A stretch of 64,000 bases of DNA from a virus (taxonomy: Duplodnaviria; Caudoviricetes). The stretch covers positions 5,260-69,259 of IMG/VR virus record IMGVR_UViG_3300033066_000895; one strand, written 5' to 3'. Positions 62,747 to 64,000 of this stretch are shown piece after piece; within the stretch, counting starts at the first letter, position 1, and each line of letters begins with the position of its first letter. Below the pieces are notes generated by a model. The model worked only from the letters and a program-made list of their open reading frames with translations, was not told the origin of the DNA and did no database searches. A program made the position numbers and the translations under genes.

Positions 62747-63100
62747 ATGAAAAAACAACCGTTTGTAAATCCGACACGACTCCCCAAAAAGTCTATTGAG
62801 CAACGTCTAGCAGATATGGAGGGAAGGATAGCGGAAGATATCAACAAAGCGTTTGGCCGTTTTCAGAAATGTACTGATGAGTTAAGTATTCGGTTGAATC
62901 GCCTTGAAACCTTAGAAGAAAAACCTGCTAAAGAATTGAAGTCCAAATGGGCATTGTTCGAATCTGATTTTCGCCTCGATCTTGAAACTATGGTTGAGGA
63001 TGCTGGTGTACGGTTTGCTTCCGGTGTACCCCGAGATGAAGCGTACAGACGCATCAAGAAAATTCTAACAGAATATGCAGATGAAATAGTGGTTGACTAG
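62747..63100 (+). CDS. coiled-coil hypothetical protein
   Basis: GGAAGGA RBS before MKKQP. Confidence 0.6.
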   Translation: MKKQPFVNPTRLPKKSIEQRLADMEGRIAEDINKAFGRFQKCTDELSIRLNRLETLEEKPAKELKSKWALFESDFRLDLETMVEDAGVRFASGVPRDEAYRRIKKILTEYADEIVVD

Positions 63101-63103
63101 CAC

Positions 63104-63406
63104 ATGGATATACTCACCACCCAAATTCTATTCAACGTCTGGATTCTGGGATTCAATTTGACATTTAGTTTTGTCAGGTTAGGTCCGTATGCGTCTGAGT
63201 GGTGTTTAGCTGATGTTGTCTCTGCTTTGTTTTGGCCTGTAACGACTCCATTTCTTTTGTTTTTATATTGGAATGATAACATCATGATTCGATGGAAACC
63301 GGCAACTGTTAACAAACCCGTGGTTATGGCGGTCTGTAGGGTATGCAAACGCCCATTGATTCGTGATTTGAAGAACGGTGAAGTCTGCCCGAAGTGTAGG
63401 AAATGA
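63104..63406 (+). CDS. membrane protein with C-terminal Zn ribbon
   Basis: TM segments; CRVC...CPKC. Confidence 0.6.
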   Translation: MDILTTQILFNVWILGFNLTFSFVRLGPYASEWCLADVVSALFWPVTTPFLLFLYWNDNIMIRWKPATVNKPVVMAVCRVCKRPLIRDLKNGEVCPKCRK

Positions 63407-63675
63407 ACGCTACACAAGTAATAGCCCGTTTTTTTGGGAAATATCTAGCCATGACAATCCCATCAAGCTATCGAAAGCAGCTTTTGAAAACGTGTGCAGA
63501 CTGCGACCACGCACGGCGATTGAATCATCTGACGTATTGCGGAATCGGCGGACTGTCGATTGTCGATGTCAACAGAAATCTTAAGCCGCACGAGTCGCTT
63601 TCAGGTGTGCTGCAACCGTTCAGAGTGGACCCGGACGGAGTTTGTGATGAGTGGACCGAAATCCCTGCTGAATAA
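63403..63675 (+). CDS. Cys-containing hypothetical protein
   Basis: CADC...YC...C; ATGA overlap. Confidence 0.55.
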   Translation: MNATQVIARFFGKYLAMTIPSSYRKQLLKTCADCDHARRLNHLTYCGIGGLSIVDVNRNLKPHESLSGVLQPFRVDPDGVCDEWTEIPAE

Positions 63676-64000
63676 CCAGCGGGCAACATGATTAGGAGCG
63701 GAGAAAGTGATGTTGAGATGGCTTGTCGGTCTGTTTGGATTCAAGGTTGTTTACGTGTGTGAATGGGGTGAGTACGAAACACGGTACGACTCGCTGGACT
63801 ACCACATGGACCGTCCTGTTCATCGTGATATGAGTACAGCCCCGCCGTGGGCGAAGATGAAGTTCATTCGACGCTAACACACCGCAACCGAGAAAATAAC
63901 GGCTTTTGATGAACGGAACAAAATGGTTCCGTTGAAATTGAGGTTAGAAATGCGAGAAGCGAACAACATTTGGATCGTCACAGGAATCCTTTTTGGCCTG

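Overview
This is a 64-kb segment of a tailed dsDNA phage genome with Mu-like head genes and a non-contractile tail module. Most genes are on the minus strand, with three plus-strand blocks (13.9-15.8, 33.4-38.3 and 60.3-64 kb). Recognisable modules: replication/recombination (family A DNA polymerase, Zn-finger/TOPRIM primase, AAA+ helicase, UvrD helicase, beta-clamp-like protein, Sak4-like ATPase, SSB-like protein, PD-(D/E)xK nuclease, RuvC, family-4 UDG), nucleotide metabolism (ThyX, dATP/dGTP diphosphohydrolase-like), an ASCH/PAPS-reductase/ParB cluster, a head-tail cluster in unusual order, and a tail-fibre cassette. I saw no large terminase, integrase, canonical endolysin, RNA polymerase, tRNA, CRISPR array or reverse transcriptase, so the genome probably extends beyond the window. 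Main observations: (1) about 22 copies of a strand-biased, covarying C(GNA)G mini-hairpin + CCA motif spaced every ~1-7 kb, many inside genes; (2) a symmetric twin-hairpin locus at ~60 kb (possible origin or packaging site); (3) a portal fused to ParB-like and zincin cargo domains separated by repeated QMS motifs that recur in the prohead protease/scaffold; (4) an exported thioredoxin beside a papain-like protease where a lysis cassette might be expected; (5) tandem Cys-rich, poly-Ser virion paralogues next to a glycosyltransferase. All assignments come from motif reading by eye and no database search was run. A Planctomycetota-like host is only a weak inference.
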